The notes under the pieces are model-generated. The model made no database searches, was not told the DNA's origin, and saw only the letters and a list, made by a program, of their open reading frames with translations. A stretch of DNA of 64,000 nucleotides, taken from assembly GCA_964609925.1 (NCBI GenBank), contig CAZSUJ010000002.1, forward strand, positions 8,251-72,250. The letters run 5' to 3'. The stretch is from an uncultured Chthoniobacter sp. Its GTDB lineage: Bacteria > Verrucomicrobiota > Verrucomicrobiia > Chthoniobacterales > JACTMZ01. The first letter of the stretch is position 1; every line of letters begins with the position of its first letter. Position numbers and translations under genes: made by a program. Positions 37,202 to 44,214 of this stretch are shown one piece after another.

Positions 37202-37715
37202 TCTACCCCGTTCGATTGTTCTGCGCTTTTGCCCCACGCCGGGAATTGCACTGCTTGACTATCCTATTCCGGATGTTGGCTTGGTGGTTGGAGACGGTCA
37301 GGCAAGTGATTCGCCGGGGTGCATTGCGCCTTGGGCTGCTTTTGGTGAGGTGCTCGCCCGCGATGGTCTGTTTGTCGGCTTAGGCTATGAAGTTCGCCAG
37401 ATGCACGCATACGCAAGGACATTGGTTGAGTCTGCGGGGTCTGAGGCCGCCCTTTACCTGCCTGATGATTCGGCCGACGCAGAGCCACTCTACGATACGC
37501 GAGGCCAGGCTTATGTGGAGATGCGGATCTCCCCGATTATCCCTGATCGCATCATGACGTCAGAAGGCATTGACGGCTTCTGGTTCTTGAACTCCGACAA
37601 CTCGGCCTTGATTGCATTTGGAATCTGCGATATAGACCGTCTGCTGCGAGACCATAACCTCAAACTCGGGCCCTTGCAGCCATTTGGTCCGTTTGTTCCG
37701 ATGTGGACGGAATAG
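37191..37715 (+). CDS. putative cognate immunity protein 2
   Basis: ATG (MESSLPRS) overlaps the cassette-2 stop by 11 nt. 174 aa. No recognisable family. Lower GC than the host genes. Confidence 0.5.
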   Translation: MESSLPRSIVLRFCPTPGIALLDYPIPDVGLVVGDGQASDSPGCIAPWAAFGEVLARDGLFVGLGYEVRQMHAYARTLVESAGSEAALYLPDDSADAEPLYDTRGQAYVEMRISPIIPDRIMTSEGIDGFWFLNSDNSALIAFGICDIDRLLRDHNLKLGPLQPFGPFVPMWTE

Positions 37716-37844
37716 TGCCCCTAGGACCTGCCTTTTTCCAGTCGGGAATGGGTCGAGCAACTTCTGCTTGCACTTCATCCTGCGGCGGCTAGCAATGCAG
37801 CGAGCCATGGAGCGCCGAAGTCGCATTGCCCGCCTTCTCAAGCA

Positions 37845-37852
37845 CCGCTTCC
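37845..37852. repeat. IS66 target-site duplication, left copy (CCGCTTCC)
   Basis: Read directly: 8 bp immediately outside IR-L, identical to 40348..40355. Confidence 0.9.
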
Positions 37853-37936
37853 GTAAGCGTTCCGCCAAGCACCCCCTTGACGAGATCGGGGTGAGGAGTT
37901 CGTAAACGTCGTAGACGTGATGAATGACGCCTATGA

Positions 37937-39559
37937 TCAGGCGGCGTGGGGTGCTTGGCGCTGGCGGTTTTTGAGCCAGTTCTCCGGGGTGAGCTGGTCC
38001 ACGGTCTTGTTGGTGTGCCGAGGGATGTGGGTCAGGACGTCCTTGATGTAATCGAAGGGGTTGATGCCCAGGCGGCGGCAGGCTTCGACGATGGTGAAGA
38101 GGATCGCGCTGCGCTGGCCGCATTCGGCGTGGCCGATGAAGAGCCAGTTCTTCTTGCCCACGGCCGTGGGACGGATGGCATTTTCGACCAGGTTGTTGTC
38201 GATCTCGACGCGGCCGTCTTGGAGGTAGCGCACGAGCAGGTCCCACTGGCCCAGAGTGTAGTCGATGGCTTGGCCCATGGAGCTGGCCGGGAGGTGGGCC
38301 CCGGAGGCCTTCCAAGCGGTCAAGACGCGATGGATACGATGGAGGATAGGAGCGGCGTGGCTGGCACGCTGGGCCGCCCGCAGCTTCGGGCCGGTTCCCG
38401 CCTCACGCATCTGCTGCTCGAGGTGATAGAGCTTGGCGATCTGGCGCAGGATCCATGTGGCCCGCAGGGGCACGTGCTCGCGGGCTTCGTGGAACCGCCG
38501 CCGGGCGTGGGCCCAGCAGCCGACGAGTTCGATGCATGGCTTCTCCCGGGCAAAGCTCGGGTAGGCCGCGTAGCCGTCGCACTGCACCTTGCCGCGGAAG
38601 TCGGCCGGCACGACATGGGCAAGGCAGGCTGCGGCACGGCTCGTTTCCCAGTGGAAGAAGGTGTGACCGCCTGGCGCATGCGCCGTCCACAGGTAGCCGG
38701 TCTTGGTTTTGCCTCCCCCGGGGTCGAGGTAGCGCACGGGTGTCTCGTCGAGTTGGACGTAACCACCGCCCATGACCCCGGTGCGGATGCTTTGGTAGAT
38801 GGGTTGCAGCCAGTCGGCCGCCAGTCCCATCCATCGCGCCAGACTGGCCCGCGGCAACTCGACTTGGTGGCGCCGGCGGAAGATGTCCTCTTGGCGGTAG
38901 AGCGGAAGGTGATCGACGTATTTGCCCACGATGATGGCGGCCAGCAGTCCGGGTGCCGCCGTGCAGCGCTCCTGCAGCGAGGCGGGCAGCGCCGCCACCA
39001 CCGGCACCTCCATGCGCCGCCGGCGGTGGACGTATTTGCGCCGGATCAATCGCCGGCGCAGGAACCTCGCCGGCTCGAAGTCGAGTTGCTCGCTGACCTC
39101 CGCCCCGATCAGCCGGTAGTCGTCCGGAGCGGCCTGCACCTCGGCGGGGTCGATGACTTCCTCCACCAACGGAAGATCCTGGGGCCAGCGTTCCCGCCGG
39201 CTCCGCCGCGCCTTGAGCTCAACCTCCTGGCTTTTGGGCGGATCGGCCTCCTGCAGAGAGGAGGCCCCGACTTTTCCCGAGTCGCTCGCGGGCAACTCCA
39301 GCAAGAGCAACTGCAGTTGGTTGGGGTCGAGCTTCTCGCTGCTCACACCGAAGAGCTTGCGCACCAGCGCATCCACCTTCTGCTCCATCAAACGCAGCCG
39401 CTGCGTCAGCTGCTCGTTCTCCCGCCGCAGCCGCACGTTGTCCTCATCCCGCTTCCTAAGCTCTTCGAGCAACTGCTCCTTGCTTAAGCTTTCCACGTCG
39501 CCATGAGGTAGCAACTTGCATGCCAGTCCCGCCCACTCATCCCTTCTCCTCACGCTCAT
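37937..39559 (-). CDS. tnpC: IS66 transposase TnpC
   Basis: 540 aa. N-terminal leucine-zipper-like region, DETPVRYL, GYLWTAHAP, CWAHARRRFHEA, NLVENAIRP motifs typical of IS66 DDE transposases. Confidence 0.93.
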   Translation of the reverse strand: MSVRRRDEWAGLACKLLPHGDVESLSKEQLLEELRKRDEDNVRLRRENEQLTQRLRLMEQKVDALVRKLFGVSSEKLDPNQLQLLLLELPASDSGKVGASSLQEADPPKSQEVELKARRSRRERWPQDLPLVEEVIDPAEVQAAPDDYRLIGAEVSEQLDFEPARFLRRRLIRRKYVHRRRRMEVPVVAALPASLQERCTAAPGLLAAIIVGKYVDHLPLYRQEDIFRRRHQVELPRASLARWMGLAADWLQPIYQSIRTGVMGGGYVQLDETPVRYLDPGGGKTKTGYLWTAHAPGGHTFFHWETSRAAACLAHVVPADFRGKVQCDGYAAYPSFAREKPCIELVGCWAHARRRFHEAREHVPLRATWILRQIAKLYHLEQQMREAGTGPKLRAAQRASHAAPILHRIHRVLTAWKASGAHLPASSMGQAIDYTLGQWDLLVRYLQDGRVEIDNNLVENAIRPTAVGKKNWLFIGHAECGQRSAILFTIVEACRRLGINPFDYIKDVLTHIPRHTNKTVDQLTPENWLKNRQRQAPHAA

Positions 39560-39896
39560 ACCACGGCCGCAGCTTCGCCCCCCGCAGATCGATCCCGTCG
39601 GTCAGCATCGCCAACGCCTCCGGCCTCAACCTCAATGTCTTCTTGCCCTCGGTGTCCCGCGGCCACGAAAACGTCCCCGCCTCCAACCTCTTGCTCAACA
39701 GCCACAACCCCGTCCCGTCAAAATAGAGCATCTTCAACCGCGTCCGCCTCCGGTTGCCGAAGACAAAGAGCGCCCCGCTCTGCACCTGCTCCTTCATCAC
39801 CGTGCCCACCATCCCCGCCAACCCCTCGAACCCCTTGCGCATGTCGCAGGGCTCCAGGGCCACGAACACCCGCACCGTGCCCGCAAAACTCAGCAC
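39537..39896 (-). CDS. tnpB: IS66 Orf2 (TnpB)
   Basis: VFVALEPCDMRKGFEGLAGMV ... LFVFGNRRRTRLKMLYFDGTGLWLLSKRLE is the IS66 Orf2 signature. GTG start in a GTGCTGA overlap with the tnpA stop. The 195-aa ORF call over-extends upstream. Confidence 0.9.
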   Translation of the reverse strand: MLSFAGTVRVFVALEPCDMRKGFEGLAGMVGTVMKEQVQSGALFVFGNRRRTRLKMLYFDGTGLWLLSKRLEAGTFSWPRDTEGKKTLRLRPEALAMLTDGIDLRGAKLRPWYEREEKG

Positions 39897-40288
39897 CCCG
39901 CCACCCCCATCGCCCGCAGCATCTCCCCGACCCACCGCGCCTGTTGACCATTGACCACTTCCACCCTCACCGCTGCGCCAATTTGCACTCGCATCCCGCG
40001 GCCTGAGGGTGCCGTTCCCATCGGCTCCGACTCCGCCACGGCTTCCACCCACCGCACCGGCGCTTGCCCTGCCGGCGCCGACGCCACCGCGGCCTGACCC
40101 TTGCGCCGCTGCTGCACCCACCAAGCCAAAGTCGGATACTTCACCCCCACCATCGCCGCAAACGCCACCCCACTCATCCCGCTCTTCTCATACTCATCGA
40201 CGATCTCCTCCCGCTTTTCCCGCGGCGTCCTCACTCGCCCTCGTGCATCCTGCACCAATATCTTCCCAATAACTGCCGTATCCGTCAT
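39890..40288 (-). CDS. tnpA: IS66 Orf1 (TnpA, HTH)
   Basis: 132 aa. REKREEIVDEYEKSGMSGVAFAAMVGVKYPTLAWWVQQRRK helix-turn-helix region typical of IS66 orf1. Confidence 0.85.
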   Translation of the reverse strand: MTDTAVIGKILVQDARGRVRTPREKREEIVDEYEKSGMSGVAFAAMVGVKYPTLAWWVQQRRKGQAAVASAPAGQAPVRWVEAVAESEPMGTAPSGRGMRVQIGAAVRVEVVNGQQARWVGEMLRAMGVAGC

Positions 40289-40347
40289 AGCCCCACGCTA
40301 TGACACTTACGCCACCTACGATAGGGGGTGCTCGGTGGAACGCTTAC

Positions 40348-40355
40348 CCGCTTCC
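40348..40355. repeat. IS66 target-site duplication, right copy (CCGCTTCC)
   Basis: Read directly: 8 bp immediately outside IR-R. It lies 3 nt from the stop codon (40359-40361) of the Sel1 immunity gene. Confidence 0.9.
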
Positions 40356-40358
40356 TGT

Positions 40359-40805
40359 TCAGTCTCCGTTGGAAGTCGGCCTGTATTCGCTCAGGTATCT
40401 TCTCAACAACTCATCTCCGGCCGAATACCCATCCGTTTTGGCTTGAATCATCCAAGCCAGACCTTGTTGAGGATCTTTACCCTCATCGATCATGGCTTTA
40501 CCATAATTGAATGCTGCATATGGCACACCCCGTTCTGCGAGCCACTTTAGCCAGTAGTTGCCTTTTGTAGTGTTAGCCTGTTCTCCGGCAAAAGTGTAAT
40601 GCCGATAGAGCCTTTCTCCCGCCGATACATCTCCCGCTCTAGCAGCCATTTCTGCTTCCCGAATCTGGGACGGCGTCAGCGCCTTCTCGCCGCTCATATG
40701 CACCCACCCAGGTGATGTGCTGACTTTAGGGCTGACGCATCCTGGATGGACTAGCATGGCAAAAGCATAAAGCAAGCTTTGGCCGGCAGAAGCGAGAACT
40801 CTCAT
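40359..40805 (-). CDS. Sel1-repeat lipoprotein, putative immunity protein for the upstream RHS tip
   Basis: MRVLASAGQSLLYAFAMLVHPGC lipobox-like signal, then Sel1/TPR-like repeats (YWLKWLAERGVPYAAFNYGKAMI...). Its ATG overlaps the RHS stop as ATGA (40802-40805). Confidence 0.65.
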   Translation of the reverse strand: MRVLASAGQSLLYAFAMLVHPGCVSPKVSTSPGWVHMSGEKALTPSQIREAEMAARAGDVSAGERLYRHYTFAGEQANTTKGNYWLKWLAERGVPYAAFNYGKAMIDEGKDPQQGLAWMIQAKTDGYSAGDELLRRYLSEYRPTSNGD

Positions 40806-42349
40806 CTTGGATAAAATGTCTCCCAACCTGGATTCCCCTTGGGGCTTTGGCCCGCAGGCACAACTGGGTTGTTTCCCACACGAGTATTGCCGCTGTTGTC
40901 GATTATGATGTCGCCGCGCGGGGCAGTGACGGGAGCCCCCAACAGATTTGCCAACTTTTGGCCAAAAGATCTCTCTCCGCCCATGCCTGTTCTACAAGCC
41001 AGCAAAGTTACTCCCTGCCCATTACCATAAGCGGGGTCGTTCATAATGTCGTTGGCCACATCCTTGGGCGTTTGAGCCGGGCCCTCACCTTTCTCCGGAG
41101 CATTCGTGTCATCGAAAATGCGGTCCCCCTTCGGAGCGCGCCCATGCCCACCATAATCATAATCTGGTGTCTGGAAGGCATCGGACCAGTTGTGAATGGG
41201 GTCATTTGGAGAGAAATTGTTTGAATCCAGCAAGCCCAGCGGATCCCAAAGATTCACCGGACTATTGTCTACATAGGCATATAGATTTACTCCACCAGCT
41301 TCCTTTATTGGATCAGGAAATAGCCATCTTGCGAGGTCGGGGCTGTAGGCGCGGTAAAGGGTGAGGTGTAGGCCGGTCGGCGCGTGGTGGTAGTGGCCGG
41401 TGTAGAGCATGTCGGAGCGGAAGTCCCCTTGGCTCCACACGAACGGGCTGGCACTCCATGCGCCATCGTATCGCATCGTGGTTGCCCCGGCCGGCACCTC
41501 GTCGTCGCACCAAACCTGATCCCCTCCTCCACCTGCCGCCCGTTTGCCCATCCGGTCCCACTTGGCCGCACCCCCGTAAAGCGTGAAGCTCACTCCGTTG
41601 AGCGTCTTGCCTTCAAGTCCGACCGCGCTGGCGGGCACTTCCAGCCTCACCCACCTGCCGGTGTCCGGCAGTGCTCCCATCGAGCGGCGGCTGTCAGTCC
41701 CATCGGTGCCTAGAGCGATGTAGTTCGCCCCCCAGTAGGCGCGATGTTCCCAGCTGCTACCGACGCGAAACTGCAGCATGACCTGATCAGGAGCTACAGC
41801 CGCATCCAGATACACGTAGGCCACCAACGTGTCCCCCGTGTTCACGGCCAAGGTTGCGCTGGCCCCATAAAACATCCGCTGGTGCTCGCCCGCCTGGTTT
41901 TCCACTTCCCACACCCTCGATCCATGCGAGGTCACCCTACCATACGGGTCGTAACCATACCTCTCCCTGTCCACCCCTTGCCCATCTACCACTTCCCGGA
42001 TGCTGCCGAGATGATCCTTCGCATAGAAGTAGTTGAGGGTTGAGGGCTGAGCGTTGACGGTAAAACCATCGGCGAAATACCGCCTCACCACGCCGTTGGT
42101 TCCATCGCGTTGCTCGGCAATATCCAGACCGTCATAAACAAGCTGCCGGGTGCTCGTGACCGTGCCGCCACTGTCTTTTTGACTCCGCTTCCGTCCCGGC
42201 AGCCTGTCGCCCTCCGGGTTCGCCGCCGGCGAATCTACCGCGGCATTGCCGGCATGCCTTGCGTCCACGATCTTCACCCGAGGCTGTGGGACCGTCTTCA
42301 CCTCACTGCTCCCTATCGCCACCGGCACTAGGTCGTCAAGCAGGCCCAT
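40802..42349 (-). CDS. RHS-repeat protein fragment (last YD repeats + inserted beta-rich module + core-end motif + C-terminal tip); N-terminally truncated
   Basis: YD repeats (YFYAKDHLGSIREVVD, YGYDPYGRV) and the junction YRAYSPDLARWLFPDPIKEAGGVNLYAYVDNSPVNLWDPLGL. Only 515 aa. The upstream frame closes with a stop at 42392-42394, and the upstream sequence is not RHS-like. Confidence 0.8.
   Translation of the reverse strand: MGLLDDLVPVAIGSSEVKTVPQPRVKIVDARHAGNAAVDSPAANPEGDRLPGRKRSQKDSGGTVTSTRQLVYDGLDIAEQRDGTNGVVRRYFADGFTVNAQPSTLNYFYAKDHLGSIREVVDGQGVDRERYGYDPYGRVTSHGSRVWEVENQAGEHQRMFYGASATLAVNTGDTLVAYVYLDAAVAPDQVMLQFRVGSSWEHRAYWGANYIALGTDGTDSRRSMGALPDTGRWVRLEVPASAVGLEGKTLNGVSFTLYGGAAKWDRMGKRAAGGGGDQVWCDDEVPAGATTMRYDGAWSASPFVWSQGDFRSDMLYTGHYHHAPTGLHLTLYRAYSPDLARWLFPDPIKEAGGVNLYAYVDNSPVNLWDPLGLLDSNNFSPNDPIHNWSDAFQTPDYDYGGHGRAPKGDRIFDDTNAPEKGEGPAQTPKDVANDIMNDPAYGNGQGVTLLACRTGMGGERSFGQKLANLLGAPVTAPRGDIIIDNSGNTRVGNNPVVPAGQSPKGNPGWETFYPR
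41310..41331 (-). repeat. 22-nt RHS-junction core, copy 3, inverted relative to copies 1 and 2 (CAAGATGGCTATTTCCTGATCC on minus strand)
   Basis: Read directly as the reverse complement of GGATCAGGAAATAGCCATCTTG. 21/22 identical to copy 2. Confidence 0.85.
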
Positions 42350-42541
42350 GAATCCCCTTCCCCGACCGAGCGCAGCGCGTGATCTGGCTGGCTACATCGA
42401 ACGCCGCATACAACCGACTGCTGACCCATCAGATGTCCTCTTTCATGTGCCGCGCCTGCGCCCTCCCCCCGGGCGGTATTTGCACATGGGGTGCCGGTCT
42501 GAGCCGCAGTTCCGGCCCATTCCCGCCCGCAGCGAAAATCA

Positions 42542-42570
42542 TTGCAGGAAAAGGCTCGTCACGCTTTATT
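42542..42570 (+). promoter_or_regulatory. candidate sigma70-type promoter for tRNA-Val (TTGCAG-N17-TTTATT)
   Basis: -35-like TTGCAG at 42542-42547, 17-nt spacer, -10-like TTTATT at 42565-42570, 27 nt upstream of the tRNA 5' end. Confidence 0.4.
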
Positions 42571-42597
42571 TCGCGGTTGCCCTAGATGGCGACCCAT

Positions 42598-42672
42598 GCG
42601 CGGTTAGCTCAGTGGTAGAGCACCTCCTTGACACGGAGGGGGTCAGAGGTTCGAACCCTCTATCGCGCACCA
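42598..42672 (+). tRNA. tRNA-Val (anticodon GAC), CCA encoded
   Basis: Manual cloverleaf: acceptor GCGCGGT/ATCGCGC; D-arm GCTC-AGTGGTA-GAGC; anticodon arm CCTCC-TTGACAC-GGAGG; variable GGGTC; T-arm AGAGG-TTCGAAC-CCTCT; discriminator A + CCA. Followed by a T-run. Confidence 0.92.
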
Positions 42673-42691
42673 CTTTTTCTCCCCGCCGGTC

Positions 42692-43294
42692 ATGCCGCTT
42701 TTCATCACCAAGAACGGGCAGACGTTCGGCCCGCACGAACCGGAGGAGATCGCGATTTTCTTGGGCACGGGTGATTTCCTGCCCGAGGACTTTTGCTGGC
42801 AGGAGGGCTGGCCGGAGTGGAGGCCCATTTCCAGCGCGCTGCCCCAGCGCCCGACCCCATCGAACCCGAGCGCCCTCACTTCCGCCCCGCCGGTCTCCAG
42901 CCCGCCGCCCCCGCAATTGCACGGCCAGATCCCGTCGGACATCGAGATCATCGGCACGCTCAAGCTGCCGGACGAACGCACCGTGACTTGCCGCGTCGAG
43001 GGTGAAATCCATTCTCCATCCGCCGTCACCATCGCCCGCGACGCCAAGGTGAAGGCGCGCATCACGGCCGAGTCGGTGGTCATTTTCGGCACCGTCGAGG
43101 GCGAGGTGCACGTGACCGGACGCGCCGTCCTCAAGAGTTCCTCGACGCTCACCGGGGACATTCACGCCGCCCGCGTGCTGGTCGAGGAGGGCGCGACGTT
43201 CAACGGCAAGTCGCACGTCAACGCGAAGTCAGCGCCGTCCGCCTCCGCCAAGACCGCGAAATCCGCCGCCCATTCCCGCAAGTCCGCGCCCTGA
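42692..43294 (+). CDS. GYF_2 (DUF4339-like) domain fused to a bactofilin domain
   Basis: N-terminal FITKNGQTFGPHEPEEIAIFLGTGDFLPEDFCWQEGWPEWRPI (GYF-like), Pro-rich linker, then a bactofilin beta-helix pattern (IEIIGTLKLPDERTVTCRVEGEI...VVIFGTVEGEVHVTGRAVLKSSSTLTGDIHAARVLVEEGATFNG). Confidence 0.75.
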   Translation: MPLFITKNGQTFGPHEPEEIAIFLGTGDFLPEDFCWQEGWPEWRPISSALPQRPTPSNPSALTSAPPVSSPPPPQLHGQIPSDIEIIGTLKLPDERTVTCRVEGEIHSPSAVTIARDAKVKARITAESVVIFGTVEGEVHVTGRAVLKSSSTLTGDIHAARVLVEEGATFNGKSHVNAKSAPSASAKTAKSAAHSRKSAP

Positions 43295-43314
43295 TCGCGG
43301 CGGGCAGGCGCCCC

Positions 43315-44214
43315 TTACTTGCGGCCCGACGCCCTGCGTGCCGCCATGCGCGCGTGGCTGAAGCGTTCGGTGAAGTAGGCACCGACCACCAGCACCTGCG
43401 CGGAGAAATACATCCAGAAGAGCAGGATCATGAACGAGGACATCGCGCCGTAGAACGACTCGGCGCTGAGCCAGCCGAGGTAAAGACCCATGCCGAGCTT
43501 GCCGATGGCGAAGAGCAGCGCCGTTCCGAACGCCCCCAGCCACACGTGCCGCCAATAGACCTTGGTCTCGGGCAGGAGCTTGTAGATGAGCGCGCAGACG
43601 ACGGTCACCATCACGAGGGTGGCCGCGAACTCGATGGAGAACAGGAAGGAACTCGAATAGGGCAGCCACTCGGGCACGTATTTCTTCATGGCCGCGAGGG
43701 CCGTGGTGGTCAGCAGCGAGACCATGAGGAGAAGGCCGACGACGAGCACGCCGAGGAGCGAGAACAGGTAGTGCTCGACCCACTTCCACCAAGACGCCTC
43801 CTTCAAGTGCTGGACGCCCCAGACGAAGTTCATCGAGTCCTTCAACTGCCGCATCACGCTCGACGACGTGTAGAGCAGGACGACCACGCCGATGGCCGCG
43901 GCGTAGCCGGAACTCGTGCGCGCGCGCACGCCGGCCAGCAATCCCTCGATCGTCCACGCCGTCTCGGGTCCGAACATCTCGATGAGTTTGTCGCGGAGTT
44001 CCCCCCGCGCGGCCTCCTCGCCGAAGAACCACCCGGCGATGGCCGTGGCGATGAGGAGGAGCGGACCGATCGAAAACACCGCGTAGTAAGTCAGCGCGGC
44101 CCCGTGTGTCATGCCGCCCTCCATCACGTAGCGATTGAACGCGTCGGCGAGGATCCTCCAGTTGCCCCGCCGCGCTTCCGGGCGTGCGCCCGTCTTGAGT
44201 TCGATCGTCTCCAT
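43315..44214 (-). CDS. YihY/BrkB-family membrane protein
   Basis: GAALTYYAVFSIGPLLL motif and 6-TM profile. Start at METIELK (cat 44212-44214). The longer ORF overlaps pyrD. Confidence 0.8.
   Translation of the reverse strand: METIELKTGARPEARRGNWRILADAFNRYVMEGGMTHGAALTYYAVFSIGPLLLIATAIAGWFFGEEAARGELRDKLIEMFGPETAWTIEGLLAGVRARTSSGYAAAIGVVVLLYTSSSVMRQLKDSMNFVWGVQHLKEASWWKWVEHYLFSLLGVLVVGLLLMVSLLTTTALAAMKKYVPEWLPYSSSFLFSIEFAATLVMVTVVCALIYKLLPETKVYWRHVWLGAFGTALLFAIGKLGMGLYLGWLSAESFYGAMSSFMILLFWMYFSAQVLVVGAYFTERFSHARMAARRASGRK

Larger units (their letters stand above)
37853..40347 (-). mobile_element. IS66-family insertion sequence, intact (tnpA-tnpB-tnpC, IRs, TSD)
   Basis: Terminal inverted repeats GTAAGCGTTCCGCCAAGCACCCCCT (37853-) and GTAAGCGTTCCACCGAGCACCCCCT (reverse complement ending at 40347) match at 23/25. 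They are flanked by the identical 8 bp CCGCTTCC on both sides. Three ORFs in canonical IS66 order. Confidence 0.95.

Noticed and set aside
37560-38315. 251-aa minus-strand ORF spanning the left IS66 boundary.
   Set aside because: It crosses the IR/TSD junction and overlaps tnpC out of frame. It is a chimeric artefact.
42350-42672. tRNA-Val as the integration site (attL/attR) of the toxin island.
   Set aside because: The island lies on the 5' side of the tRNA, and the recombinase is 7 kb away at the other end. I could not find any duplicated tRNA segment by eye. Kept only as a low-interest boundary observation.
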